Shown: in pieces, positions 52,901 to 64,000 of the stretch | Layout of the letters: each line of letters starts with the position of its first letter | Position numbering within the stretch: the stretch's first letter is position 1 | Assembly (NCBI RefSeq): GCF_001194135.2 | Contig: NC_068998.1 | Coordinates: forward strand, 40,610,487 to 40,674,486 | Source of the DNA: Octopus bimaculoides | Taxonomy: Eukaryota | DNA length: 64,000 nucleotides | Direction of reading: 5' to 3' | Notes under the pieces: model-generated | Seen by the model: only the letters and a program-made list of their open reading frames with translations | What the model was told of the DNA's origin: nothing | Database searches by the model: none | Program-made: the position numbers and the translations under genes

Positions 52901-52948
52901 AACGTGTATAACGTTGCTTATTTACTGAAACTTAGGGAACATGGGATG

Positions 52949-53319
52949 TACTGTATTTTCAGGCATTTAAGGTGCATTCCAACTTTGGCAGGTCTTATCT
53001 GCAAGAAAAAAAAACCCCCAAAAAACTTGCAGCTAACCCCGAATCCCCTTGCTGATTGTCTTACATTTTCATGTAAGGAAGCATGAAAATTTAGACTGAC
53101 GCACTACCATAAGCTATTATGGTAGTCCAAGTTACACTAATTATCTTAACTCTAAATATCACAACTAACTTCCACTGTTACCAGTATTGTTCATTGTTAA
53201 TAACACTAATCAAGCCTACCCAAAGCCTGACCATCAGCATATAAGGTACAGGGGGACTTTTGAGAGGAGGGAACTTTTGAAGAAAAAAAGGCATGCCTTA
53301 TATGCTGGAAAATATGTTA
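52949..53319. mobile_element. Tc1/pogo-type MITE remnant
   Basis: TA-CTGTATTTTCAGGCATTTAAGG ... CCTTATATGCTGGAAAATATGT-TA imperfect TIRs. Confidence 0.5.
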
Positions 53320-54699
53320 ATTCCATGTTGATCTGCCAGTTAATTCAGTTGGTGTGATGGTAGAGGAGAGTAATCTTATTTGGATAATGGGTTGACTAAA
53401 TTTGTACAAATCAGATTTTTTACAGCAAGTGGAGTGTAGCAATATTTTGGTGGTTTGTGAGGTCACTTCAAACTGGAGCCTAGGTGAATAAAACTTGCAA
53501 TAAAGTTTTAAAACTTAAGAGGTGAATACATGGCTTTCCTACATGGAAAGTGAGAGAGAGAGATGTGGTCCAGGTACAACATGGATATTAGGTAGAACAG
53601 ACTAGAAGGGTGGAAAACGTGGTGAATAAATGCACTGAGTGAAAATAGTGCAACAGATAATTAGAAATAAGGAATGAGTTGGATACATGGGATATCAGAT
53701 CAGTATAGGGGGAAGTGAAGAAAATAGGGTAACATAGAAAATTGGATAATCAAAATGAGGTGTGGGACAAAAATAACGAAACAAAACAAAACAGCCAAAA
53801 ACCAAACTGAGAAACTGTTCTACACTGATATACATGCAACAGAGAGAGAGAGAGAGAGCTCTGCTAAAGGTACCCAAGGTGTAAAGTTGGTGCTAAACCA
53901 GGCAATGGATTTAATATATCACCTAGAGGCAATGACAAGACTTAGTCCTTTAGCATTCAGATTACTCTATCAAATGTAGTGCTTATATATTCACATTTTG
54001 AATTCATCATGTATTTTCTTGTAGCTTTGAAATTGTTTATTTTTAGAATGACAATGTGTGATAGGCCAGATTTGGTCAGTTTGAACATAAAACAGATGGT
54101 ATATTTGGACCAGAAAAAAATTTGTTAGGTATCCAGACTAGTTTTCTTAAAGTTCCCACTAATCAACTTCCCTGGTTTGGTACTTTTTATTTTGATCTGG
54201 AAAGGATGAAAAGTAAAGCTAACCTCACCGAGATTTGAACTCAGAATGCAGAGAAGTGAAATAAATACCATCAGGCATTTTCTCTGATTCTGCTTATTCA
54301 TTGTATGAATCCTGTGTTTATTTTTGAGCATTGGTTAGATTGCTTTTTGGTAATCATTATGGCTTTTTGTGTACCGAGTTTGAATAGCTCTGAGGTCAAC
54401 TTTACTATTTCATCCTGGGACTAATTCTTTTCTTTCTCTCACTTTCTGTCTGTCTCTTCCTGGAAGAAATTGACTTAGCAAGAGGGATGGAATATGTCAG
54501 GTCTAAAAGTTGCCCATGACGTGCTATATATTATGACATGGCCCCTTTATCTCCATCAAAGAGTTGAGGGCCCAAGACAAGGCACATAAAATTTGTATGG
54601 GAGGTGAATTTAAAAGATTAGCGTTCAACCTTATAACTTTGAATATAACATTGCAAACTCATCATTTTAACATCCACTTTTCCATTCTTGCAAGGCATA

Positions 54700-55095
54700 T
54701 GCGTTACTGTGTGGTAAGAAGCTTGCTTCCCAACCACATGGTTCTATCTCAGTTCCACTGTGTGGCATTTTGGGCAAGTGTCTTCTACTATAGCCTTGGG
54801 CCAACCAAAACCTTGTGAGTGAATTTGGTTGACAGAAATTGAAAGAAGTCCATTGTGCGTGTGTGTGTGTGTCTCTCTCTGTGCCTATGTTTGTATTCCT
54901 CCTGCCACTTGACAATTGGTGTTGGTGTGTTTACATCCCCTGTAACTTAGTTGTTTGGCAAAAGTGACTGATAGAATAAGTACCAGGCTTCAGGAGAAAG
55001 AAGATAAGTACTGGTGTCGGTTGATTCCACTAAAACGTCTTCAAAGCAGTGCCCCAACATGGCCACAGTCCAATGACTGAAAGAAACAAAAAGGA
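54700..55095 (+). mobile_element. Family-B SINE, near full length
   Basis: Head CTGTGTGGTAAGAAGCTTGCTTCCCAACCACATGG through 3' ...CAACATGGCCACAGTCCAATGACTGAAAGAAACAAAAAG. Confidence 0.75.
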
Positions 55096-57581
55096 AAAGA
55101 TAAAATATATAAATACATAAACCACTGTATAAAGTTACACTTAGTACAGTTGGTAGACTTTGTTTTGCTGTTTATCACCACTCAAACAGCAGGTGGTGCT
55201 ATCAATGAGATTTGGCTGGCATGTCTAGCAGGTTGTGCACCTGCATGGAGGTTACCTTGTTTGTGGGTTAAGCAGGTGTGTATGCCTTGGTTCTATGTCA
55301 TCTCTCAGACAGCTGCTGATTTGAAATCCCTACTATTACTGCTGTGGTCTTTCTTGATTTGTCTCCATTCTATTTACTTATCTCTTGTTGTTGTTTTGCC
55401 CCTGGAGACTCCTGATTGAGACCTATAATCAAAAACATTTCAACTGTATTCTTGTAATACTCAGGAGTATATTTCCAAATGTGGTTTTTCATTTTTAAGT
55501 CAGTATAGTATAATTTGAGGTAGGTTTGGATGCTATTTCTAATAGGTTGAACAACCATGTAGAATTCTTGCAAGTTTGTGTACTTTCTCTATACCACATT
55601 TGATAGTATTTTCAGTGTTGCTATATTATATAAAGATGTGTGTGTATGTGTATGTGTGCGCACACGTATGTGTAGAAGTCATGACTTTTGAGGTTATCCC
55701 TCCTCATTCTTAGTTGGTCCTTGTTACCAGCCAATTGCTGTACCCTTTCTAGAAGTTTGTGCTTAGGCCTGTGGAGTTCTTGGCTATTCTGAGTTACTGC
55801 ACAAATTAGAATTTATATCTAGTTGAGTGAATGTATGTATGTGTGTACTATAGGGGAGAACTCTCCTGAAGATCCCTATTTGGAGTGAAATTACAAAGTG
55901 TGTAGGCAAACCCTATGTATAAATTATATAGCTCTGCATCTTAAAATGCATTGAGTACTTAATTGAAAGTGGCCATCCTTCTTTTTGGACATAGAATACC
56001 TTAGAGTGTATGTGTCTCTGTATTTGTTTAGCATCATTATCATTGCTTTAGCATCCACTTTTTCATGCGTTCATGGGTCAGATAGAATTTGTTGAGTCAG
56101 ATTTTGTACAGTTGGATGTCCTTACTGTCACCGATCCTCACCTGTTTCTAAACAAAGTAATATTTCTCAATGTCTGAGTATGTTTTTGTGGAAGATTGGA
56201 ACCAAAGGGCACTGTTTGCATGATGGTGATGGTCACATACAACTATTGTGTAATTTTAAAGAAAACAATTATGCATACAATCATGCATTCATATCTCACC
56301 TACTCATTCACTCTCTCTCTTTCTCTCTCACACACATACACCCTTCTTTTAGTTTCCATTTTTGTTATTGTTAAAATTAATTAAAACAAAGGCAGTGTAT
56401 ACCAACAGAAATACTGTAACGAAAGGGTTAAGTGAACAAAGTGCCTGCTATCTAAGCAAGCCATTTTATTCTACATGCCTAGCTTGAGCTATACCAGTCC
56501 AACAAGTAGATTTCTCTCCACCTGAGACTACCTCTGATTCTTTGACACAAAATCCACTTTAGTCAGGCTTTAGTCACTGGGGCTTATAGTAGAAGACACT
56601 TGCCCAAAGTACCTTGCTTTGGGGCTAAACCCAAGACTACATGGTTGGAAAGCAAACTTCTTGATCCCACAGTCATTTGTACACCTATTATATATAAATA
56701 TAATATATAAGATGCTCACTGATATTACTAGGGTAAGTGAACATGATACAAAACAGAAAAGCAAAAAACAAACAAGCAAAACAAAACAAACAGCAACATG
56801 TACAATCATCATCATCATCATTTAACGTCCGCTTTCCATGCTAGCATGGGTTGGACGATTTGACTGAGGACTGGTGAACCAGATGGCTACACCAGGCTCC
56901 AATCTGATTTGGCAGAGTTTCTACAGTTGGATGCCCTTCCTAACGCCAACCACTTCGAGAGTAGTGGGTGCTTTTACGTGCCACCGGCACGAAGGCCAGT
57001 CAGGAAGTACTGGCAACAGCCATGCTCGAAATGGTGTATTTTACGTGCCACCTGCGCAATGAACTTGCTCGAATATCTTTTCACGTGCCACTGGCCCAAG
57101 TGCCAGGAGGGCATTATATGATTAAAAAGGGAAAGTTTATAAATACTTAAGCAATTTTCAGTGTAGATTTACATGATGAAGAAATCATGATCATATTTCC
57201 TTATATTTTTGTTAAGATCACACAAACCATGTTGCTTTAGTGAAATAATTTTCTCATTTTAACATTCCTGTTAATAGTGTGTCAAATTATTTCATTTGTA
57301 ACCTTTCATTATTCTGTTAGTTCGTAGTTACATTTCTTGTGAATTTTGGCGTTTACACATATAGTTACATATTGCATGTATAATATATACCTAGATAATG
57401 TGTATGTAATGACATGGAAGTTGCCTTGTTGTTTGAGGGTTAAGCAGGTGTGTAAAGGGTCAGCTGAAAAGTTCATTGGCTGACTAAGATGCTCCCCTGG
57501 AATGTGACCAAATGAAATTTTACATGTCTGTCTATCTGTCCATCTATCCATCTATCCACCTTGCACCATCAGATAGATAGA

Positions 57582-57618
57582 AAAATTCAATTGTCACAAC
57601 TAGTGACAATTGAATTTT
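57582..57618. repeat. Perfect 16-bp-arm palindrome within a local duplication
   Basis: AAAATTCAATTGTCAC-aacta-GTGACAATTGAATTTT; the right part is repeated at about 57912-57980. Confidence 0.85.
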
Positions 57619-57978
57619 ACCTTTTTGGTTTTATATTGCATAAAGCTGCCTTCATTATTTTATAATTTTCACATTAGCATTTTGCTGAATCAGCCATAAA
57701 TTCATATGGTAAATATATATATATATATCTATATATATATATATCTATATATATATGATGAGTTTGTATTTTTCAAATGAAACTTTAGTATAGTGACTTC
57801 ACTCGCTGTGGAGCAGTTATCTCTGTCAGTATATGAAAATTTGCTTCCTGTGGCTGTAAGGGTTTTTTAGCACTTATTTCTAGCAATGTAGGTGCTACCC
57901 TGCACCTTCAGTCACAACTAGTGACAATTGAATTTTTCCTTTTTGGTTTTATTTTACATATAGCCATCTTCATTATTT

Positions 57979-58049
<71 letters not shown>

Positions 58050-58863
58050 ATGTATGTGTAATGACTGGATAATGCATGTATTAATAAATAATTAGATAAT
58101 GTGCATACAGTAAATATATATAATGTGTCTACACTAAATATATAACAAGATAATGCATGCATAATTTGCTAGAGTGTGCATAGTTCTTTGGTTTGCTTTA
58201 GCTATCAAGGCTAAGCATGACCTTCAACAGATATAACAGTAGCTTGATAATGTATGGACAAATATACAACTTGACAATGTATTCATCCATAAATTATGTA
58301 TGTGTGTGTGTGTGTGTGTGGTTAGTCCACATTACACTGTAAGGATCACAGGGCTGGTTTCTCTGGCATATATATTCCTTCTTGGATGAGATGTTAGCCC
58401 ATCGCAAGAGTAATCATTTTTCCCAACTGAATGGATTGGAACAGCACAAAATGAAGTGTTTTGCTCAAGATCCCAATGCATCATCTAGTCCAGGAATCAA
58501 AAACCACAATCTTATGATCATGAGTCCAACACCTAACAACTAAGCTGCTCTGTCTCTCTCTGTCTGTTTCTCTCTCTCTCAAATGTGGTTTGTGGCAATA
58601 TGGGGAATTGGTAAAATAGAATTTTATAACTGGCAATAAGTGTTATGTTGCTGGTTTAAGTTTTTAGTAATGAACTGTATTGGTAGATGAAGGTGGCCGT
58701 AATTTTTTTTTTCTTTTTCTACAAGTCTATGTCACATCACTCGTGGATAAGAGCTACTCCCCACCCCCATGAAGTTTGCAGTAGAAGATGACATTGCATG
58801 CCCCAACTCTGAAACAGAGCATAAGTTCACAGGAATATATCATGGGGACTTGACCACCAGTCT

Positions 58864-59092
58864 CTAACCGTTTCGTTACCAACCTGGCTGAAACCGGCTC
58901 TGGTTCTGAGTACAAATGTCTTGTTTTCATAAGTTTTGAATTAAAATCTTCCACCAAATGTTAGTCACAATTTATGTTCCTAACACTAGCTGAATGATAA
59001 CTAAGTTATTTTACTAAATTCTTTGTTATATTTATAATTAACTAAAAGAAACACAGAGCATCTGAAAATAAATACAGTAACGAAAGGGTTAA
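58864..59092. mobile_element. TTAA-flanked (piggyBac-type) MITE
   Basis: CTAA-CCGTTTCGTTAC ... GTAACGAAAGGG-TTAA. Confidence 0.7.
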
Positions 59093-59451
59093 TGTCCACC
59101 CAGAGTTATGCAAAAGAAAAAAAGAAAGCACAGTGACAGCTTAATCTGTTAGCAGTAGACTAAATTTTAGCTATCTTTGTTTGATTGTCTGACTGATGGG
59201 TGGCAAAAACCCCATATAATGGTTGGCATAAGAAATACTAAAGATCTCAAGTGCAGAAGTTGAGTGTGTGTGCTGTCTAGTGATCACTGTTGGGCCACTG
59301 TAAGAGACCAGCATTCACAGTCATTGAGCAGGACAGATTCTACTGTAGCATGAAACAGGCATAGTTTTAAGTCAAGGTGACAGCTATAGTGCTTTCCAAA
59401 TTTTCCATTTCATTTTAGTCTTGGTCTACAGCATGCTATGGTATCTGAACT

Positions 59452-59775
59452 AGGCATCCAGCATTGTACCTCACTGACTTCGACTTTGCAGATTATGTCA
59501 CACTTATTTCATATACAATCATAAACACTCAGGCTTTCCTTGTAAATCTGGAGTCAGCTGCCATTGAAATTGGTTTGATGATAAAACCCATAATCATTGG
59601 TGAAAATGCTGGTGTGGGTGACCTTAAACTTTCATTGGGGTCCATTGATGCGGTTGCTGCCAGTTTCTGCTTTCTGGGCTCTCATATTCACTCTACAAGC
59701 AAAGATGTTAACATTTGTAAAGTAATAACATGGTCAGCATCTGATAAGCTATGGAAAATTTGGGGACTTGTTTTG
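59452..59775 (+). mobile_element. RTE-clade LINE reverse-transcriptase fragment (inactive)
   Basis: RHPALYLTDFDFADYVTLIS...LESAAIEIGLMI...FCFLGSHI...KDVNICKVITWSASDKLWKIW. The catalytic FADD is mutated to FADY. Confidence 0.75.
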
Positions 59776-60505
59776 TGCTCCAGTTACTATCATTGACAGA
59801 AATAGATGGACTTTTCGAGAGGCAGAAAATTAAATAGAAAAACATGGGGAAAAAATGTTTAATGAAGGAAGGAAAAAAAAATTTTTTTTAAATAACAGTG
59901 GGGGATGGGTGGGTAAGGTAATTTGCCAACAGCTCATTGGATCCGTCTGCTGTTCAGCATCAGTTTTGAAGATTTTGTATTGTTGGAAACTGATAATGGA
60001 TTATTGACCTCAGTTACAAGTTCATATCTGACTAGTTATTGTATTGAAACCTCTTTAACAAAAACATTTAATTCTGCTCCAGTTTGTCTAGTTGAACAAA
60101 AGGTTTCACTCCTATTTACCTGACAGTTCAGTAGTTAGAGTTAGGTGAGGAGGAGCATCTAGCATCAAGCTGTGACAGTAATAGTTGCCACAAATAAGCA
60201 TGGACTTTTACTTGAAATCTTAAACCATGTGGTTCAAAAGTTTGCTTTTCAACCACATGGTTTTGGGTTCAATCCTACTGTGTGGCACCTTGAACAAGTA
60301 ACTTCTACAATAACCTCTAGCCAATAAAAGCCTTGTGAGTGGATTTGGTTGATAGAAACTGAAAGAACTCCATCCCTCTTTGTCACACACACACACATGC
60401 ATGCATGCATGATTGCAGCATGGGAGACATCCTCAGGAGATGCAGTGTAGTGTTGTCAGTAACCAGGTTGCAGTTTCGAGTTGCATAAATTTTGATGCCA
60501 TATTA

Positions 60506-61795
60506 TTGGGTTGGCAAGAAAGTAATTTCAGTTTTTTAATGTGAAATAAAAGTCATTTTCTTTTCATACAAAGAATGAACTTTAATCAATTATATATTTT
60601 CCATTTTGTTCGATGACCTTTTGCCATCTTCCTGGCAACCTCATGATTCCACGCTTGTAGGACTTCTGGTCCTTATCAGCTCAAAACTGAAGCAAGTGCG
60701 ATTTCAGGTCATCATTATTGAAAGTTTTACCATTCAATGAATTTTGCAAACTTTGATATAAATGGTAATTTGATGGTCCAAAATCAGGATTATATGGAGG
60801 ATGTGACATCACTCCCCAACCAAGCTCGAATCATTTTCACGAGTTAGCAAAGACATGTGGTCTAGCGTTGTTATGGTGGGACATGATTCCTTTATGATTT
60901 GCCAATTCTGGCCATTTTTCTTTGATTGCTTCCTCCACTTTCATTACCTGCTGACAGTAAACATCTGAATTGATTGTTTGGTTCCTTGGAGGCAGCTCAA
61001 AATACACAACACCTTTATAATCCCATCAGATTGACAGCATGATCTTTTTTTTATGCAATTCAGCTTTTAATGAGGTTTGTGCTGGTTCATTATGCTTGGA
61101 CCATGATCGTTTTCAATTGATGTTATTGTAGACAATCCATTTTTCATCACTAGTGATGATTCGTTTAAAAAGAAAAAGGTCCGTTTCATTGCATTTGAGA
61201 TGCATATTGCAAATATTGAGTCGTTGTGTTAAGTGAATCTCTTTCAATGTATGTGGAACCCAAATATTGAGCTTCTTAACGAGTCCAAGACATTTTAAGT
61301 GATTTTCAATTGTTGTGTATGTGTGATACATTTAACCTCTCTGCAATCTCTTACACAATTATATGACAATCAGATTCAATTATGGTTTTGATTTGGTCAT
61401 CATCAACTTCAGTAAGTCGACCAGAATGTTGGTCATCTTTGAGTGAAAAATCTCCGGAACAGAATTTTTAAAACCATTTCCAACATGTGCATTCTGTTAA
61501 GCAATCAACACCAGAAACTTCACATTTCTGTTTGTGAGCCTCAGCAGCTTTCTTGCCTTTATGGAAATAAAAAAGCAAAATATGGCGAAAATGTTTGATT
61601 TTGCCCTCCATGTTAAAATTGACACTGAACTAACAGGTGTAAACAAAATTATTTACAATTTACTTCTAAAGTAAGCTAAAAGTAACGGTTATCAAATGTC
61701 AAAAGGAAAAAAATCATAACATTGACAAAATTCATTAAAAAAAATCATAACTCTATCTATTTGCAAAAAACAAAATTACTTTCTTACCAACCCAA
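60506..61795 (-). mobile_element. Full-length mariner DNA transposon (1290 bp), inactive
   Basis: TIRs TTGGGTTGGCAAGAAAGTAATTT / rc TTGGGTTGGTAAGAAAGTAATTT with TA on both sides (60504-60505, 61796-61797). Confidence 0.92.
60582..61611 (-). pseudogene. Mariner (D,D34D) transposase pseudogene
   Basis: MEGKIKHFRHILLFYFHKGKKAAEAH...WVPHTL...IITSDEKW...HHNNARPH...HPPYNPDFGPSNYHL...RWQKVIEQNGKYIID*. In-frame stops and frameshifts; the 2nd and 3rd catalytic Asp read as Asn. Confidence 0.9.
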
Positions 61796-62085
61796 TACAA
61801 ACATTAGATATTTAAGTGAAGTTAAGTCTTTGTGTGTTTTGAAATGGCTAATATGGTATTTCCCAAGCTGCATTTGTTATAGTTTCAACACATTGTCTCA
61901 GATCAAAATACTTGCTTAGCAAGTACACCCCTGTAGTGTATGTGTGTGTGTGTATGTGTTGTGCTTGTATCTCCTTGTCTGAATATTGTGTAATAGTTCA
62001 ATTTGCAACCATATGGTTTTTGGTTCAGACCCACTGTGTGGAACCTTGGGCAGCCCTGAGCCAGCCAATACTTTGTAAATGAATT

Positions 62086-63725
62086 CAGCAATGTTTGGTT
62101 GACATAGGCTGTGTTACATCCGATTGAATCAAACACCATTGCGGTCTACGATGTACAAGGGCCTTACTGATGCTTTGAATGATGATGACGATTTTTGCAA
62201 CATCAGCAGACAAATCATACTCTCTTCCACATTTGTTGATGGACCAAGGTATATGATGGAATATTGCCAAGATGCCAAGATGTACATACGGAAATACGGC
62301 AGTGCTTTGTTCTTCATCACAATGACATGCCATCCAAACTGGCCTGAAATCTGGCAAAACCTATTCCTTAATCAGAAGCCGCATGACAGACCAGGTTTAA
62401 TTGCCACAGTATATGACCTGAAGCAGGAAACTATTCATAAAGTATCTTACTGGAGTAGATGGCATATTTGGCAAGTATATTGCTTACGTGATCACTGTTG
62501 AATATCAAAAGCAATGTCTTCCCCATGTACACTGTTTGCTATGGCTCAGTTTGTTCAAGCCTAAATACCAGATACAAACAAAGATCCAGAGGATCATCAG
62601 TTGGTGCTGAAGCACATGATCCACGGTCCCAATTGCTCTAATAAGTCACCATGTTGGAAAGATGGAACGTGCTGTAAGTGGTACCATGAGCCTTTCAATG
62701 AACATACATTGTGTGGAGAGGACTCTTATCCTGTGTACAGAGGACGGTCTCCAGGAATGGGAAGATTTGAAGGGCACCAAGAAGGTAGAAAAAGCCGAAA
62801 TGTAACTTCAGAATGGGCGGTTCCCTACAATATACAACTGTTAAAACTGTTCAACTGCCACCTAAACGTAGAAATATGCTCTTCCGTGAAATCGATCAGA
62901 TACATTATCAAATATACCATGAAGGGCAGTGATCAGGCAATGTTTAGAGTGAACAGAGAAGATGTGATAACACAGTATTTAACTGGAAGATACATCGGCC
63001 CTTCAGAAGATGTTGCCTCAGTACTCGGATTTCCGATTCATGAGAAGGAACCAGCTGTAGTTCACCTTCAAGTTTGTTTACCTGAGGAAAATCAAATCTT
63101 CTTTCAGGACAGTGCTGCTGTTACAGTAAACAATAACATGCGTAGGGCAACTCTCACTGAGTTAATGGATCTCTGTGCTCGCGATCCGTTTGCAAAAACT
63201 TTGTATTTTGCCGATGTGCCAAGGTTTTACACTTGGAATAAACAAGACATGGGAAAGGAGGAAGGTAGGGAAAAGAGGTGACCAGCATCCAGGGATTTTT
63301 GAGGTGAACTTTTTAGGTCAAGTATATACTGTTTCTTCTTGAATTGGTGAACTGTATTACTTAAGACTCCTTCTGCATTATGTCAAAGGACCAGTATTGT
63401 TCCACTCTTTGAAAATGTGTGATGGACAACTATTGCCATTATTCAAAGACGTCTGCAGAGAGAAAGGTTTGCTTCAGTCAGGTGATCATTGGCAGCAGAC
63501 TCTGGAAGATGCTGAGCAAACACAGCTTTCCAAAGCCATGAGAGATCTATTCATTGTGTCTCCTCACAAATACAGAAATTAACGATTCCAGTGCTTTATG
63601 GGCTCGATTTAGGAATTTGCTGTCTGAGGATTACCAGAAACATTAACCTTTTGATTAACGAGAGAAATTATGATCAATGTCTTCTGTGTTTTCAAGACAA
63701 ACTTAATGACCTGGGGCAGTCTCAG
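62086..63725 (+). mobile_element. Helitron Rep (HUH endonuclease) internal fragment, degenerate
   Basis: RLCYIRLNQTPLRSTMYKGLTDAL; LSSTFVDGPRYM...FFITMTCHPNWPEI...DRPGL (motif 1); EYQKQCLPHVHCLLW (HUH, about 62500-62545); VPYN...HLNVEICSSVKSIRYIIKYTMKGSD (two-Tyr motif 3); GELYYLRLLLHYVKGP...GLL. Frameshifts and stops present; no helicase domain or termini seen. Confidence 0.88.
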
Positions 63726-64000
63726 GTGGAGAGAAATTTACTTGTGGGACTGGTATAGGTCAAGTTGGGCTTCCTTTAGATAGCCAGTACTTTGTTCAGT
63801 TAAGTAACCAACCCTTTGTTACAGTGTTTCTGCTTTTGTTTTAATTAATTGTAGAAATAACGAAGAGTTATTGTCATTTCTAAGGTGGTGTTTGGAACAT
63901 AAACTAACGTGAAATTTTGATGGAGGTGTTTAACTTAGATTGCTTTAACCCTTTAGCGTTTAATCTAGCCATAATACTCATCTGGTTTTATGTTAAAACT

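Noticed and set aside
54047-54098. Possible 52-bp + strand exon (ttttag|A ATG ACA ATG TGT GAT AGG CCA...ATG|gtatat)
   Set aside because: Weak donor, no recognisable peptide and no partner exons; expected by chance.
55370-55573. Protein-looking minus-strand ORF (MQEFYMVVQPIRNS...)
   Set aside because: Lies on the reverse strand of a family-D repeat copy.
1-64000. CRISPR arrays, prokaryotic operons or defence systems, rRNA or true tRNA genes
   Set aside because: No regularly spaced repeat-spacer array or gene-dense region; all tRNA-like A/B boxes belong to SINE heads.

Overview
AT-rich, repeat-dense animal genomic DNA, most likely a cephalopod (Octopus-like). That assignment is inferred from the SINE families and the (TA)n/(CA)n density, not proven. 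The only host gene I can support is the last two coding exons (PDZ domain) of an HtrA2/Omi-family serine protease on the + strand (2878-3064, 5736-5904). The rest is mostly transposon fossils: a CR1/L2-type LINE 3' end, two RTE LINE fragments, a piggyBac transposase remnant, a full-length dead mariner with TIRs and TA TSD, a Helitron Rep fragment, hAT MITEs with 8-bp TSDs, TTAA-flanked MITEs, at least four SINE families and one abundant unclassified repeat. There is also a decayed U6 snRNA copy split by a SINE insertion. A CpG-richer block at about 20-38.6 kb carries several promoter-like motif clusters, but I could not identify its genes. There are three assembly gaps, no prokaryotic features and no CRISPR array. 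Almost all ORFs in the supplied track are microsatellite, repeat or N-run artefacts. I found no convincing new multi-gene system; the best leads are small structural ones (U6/SINE/piggyBac nest, tandem 67-nt hairpins, a microhomology-bounded 153-bp duplication, and dsRNA-forming repeats downstream of HtrA2).
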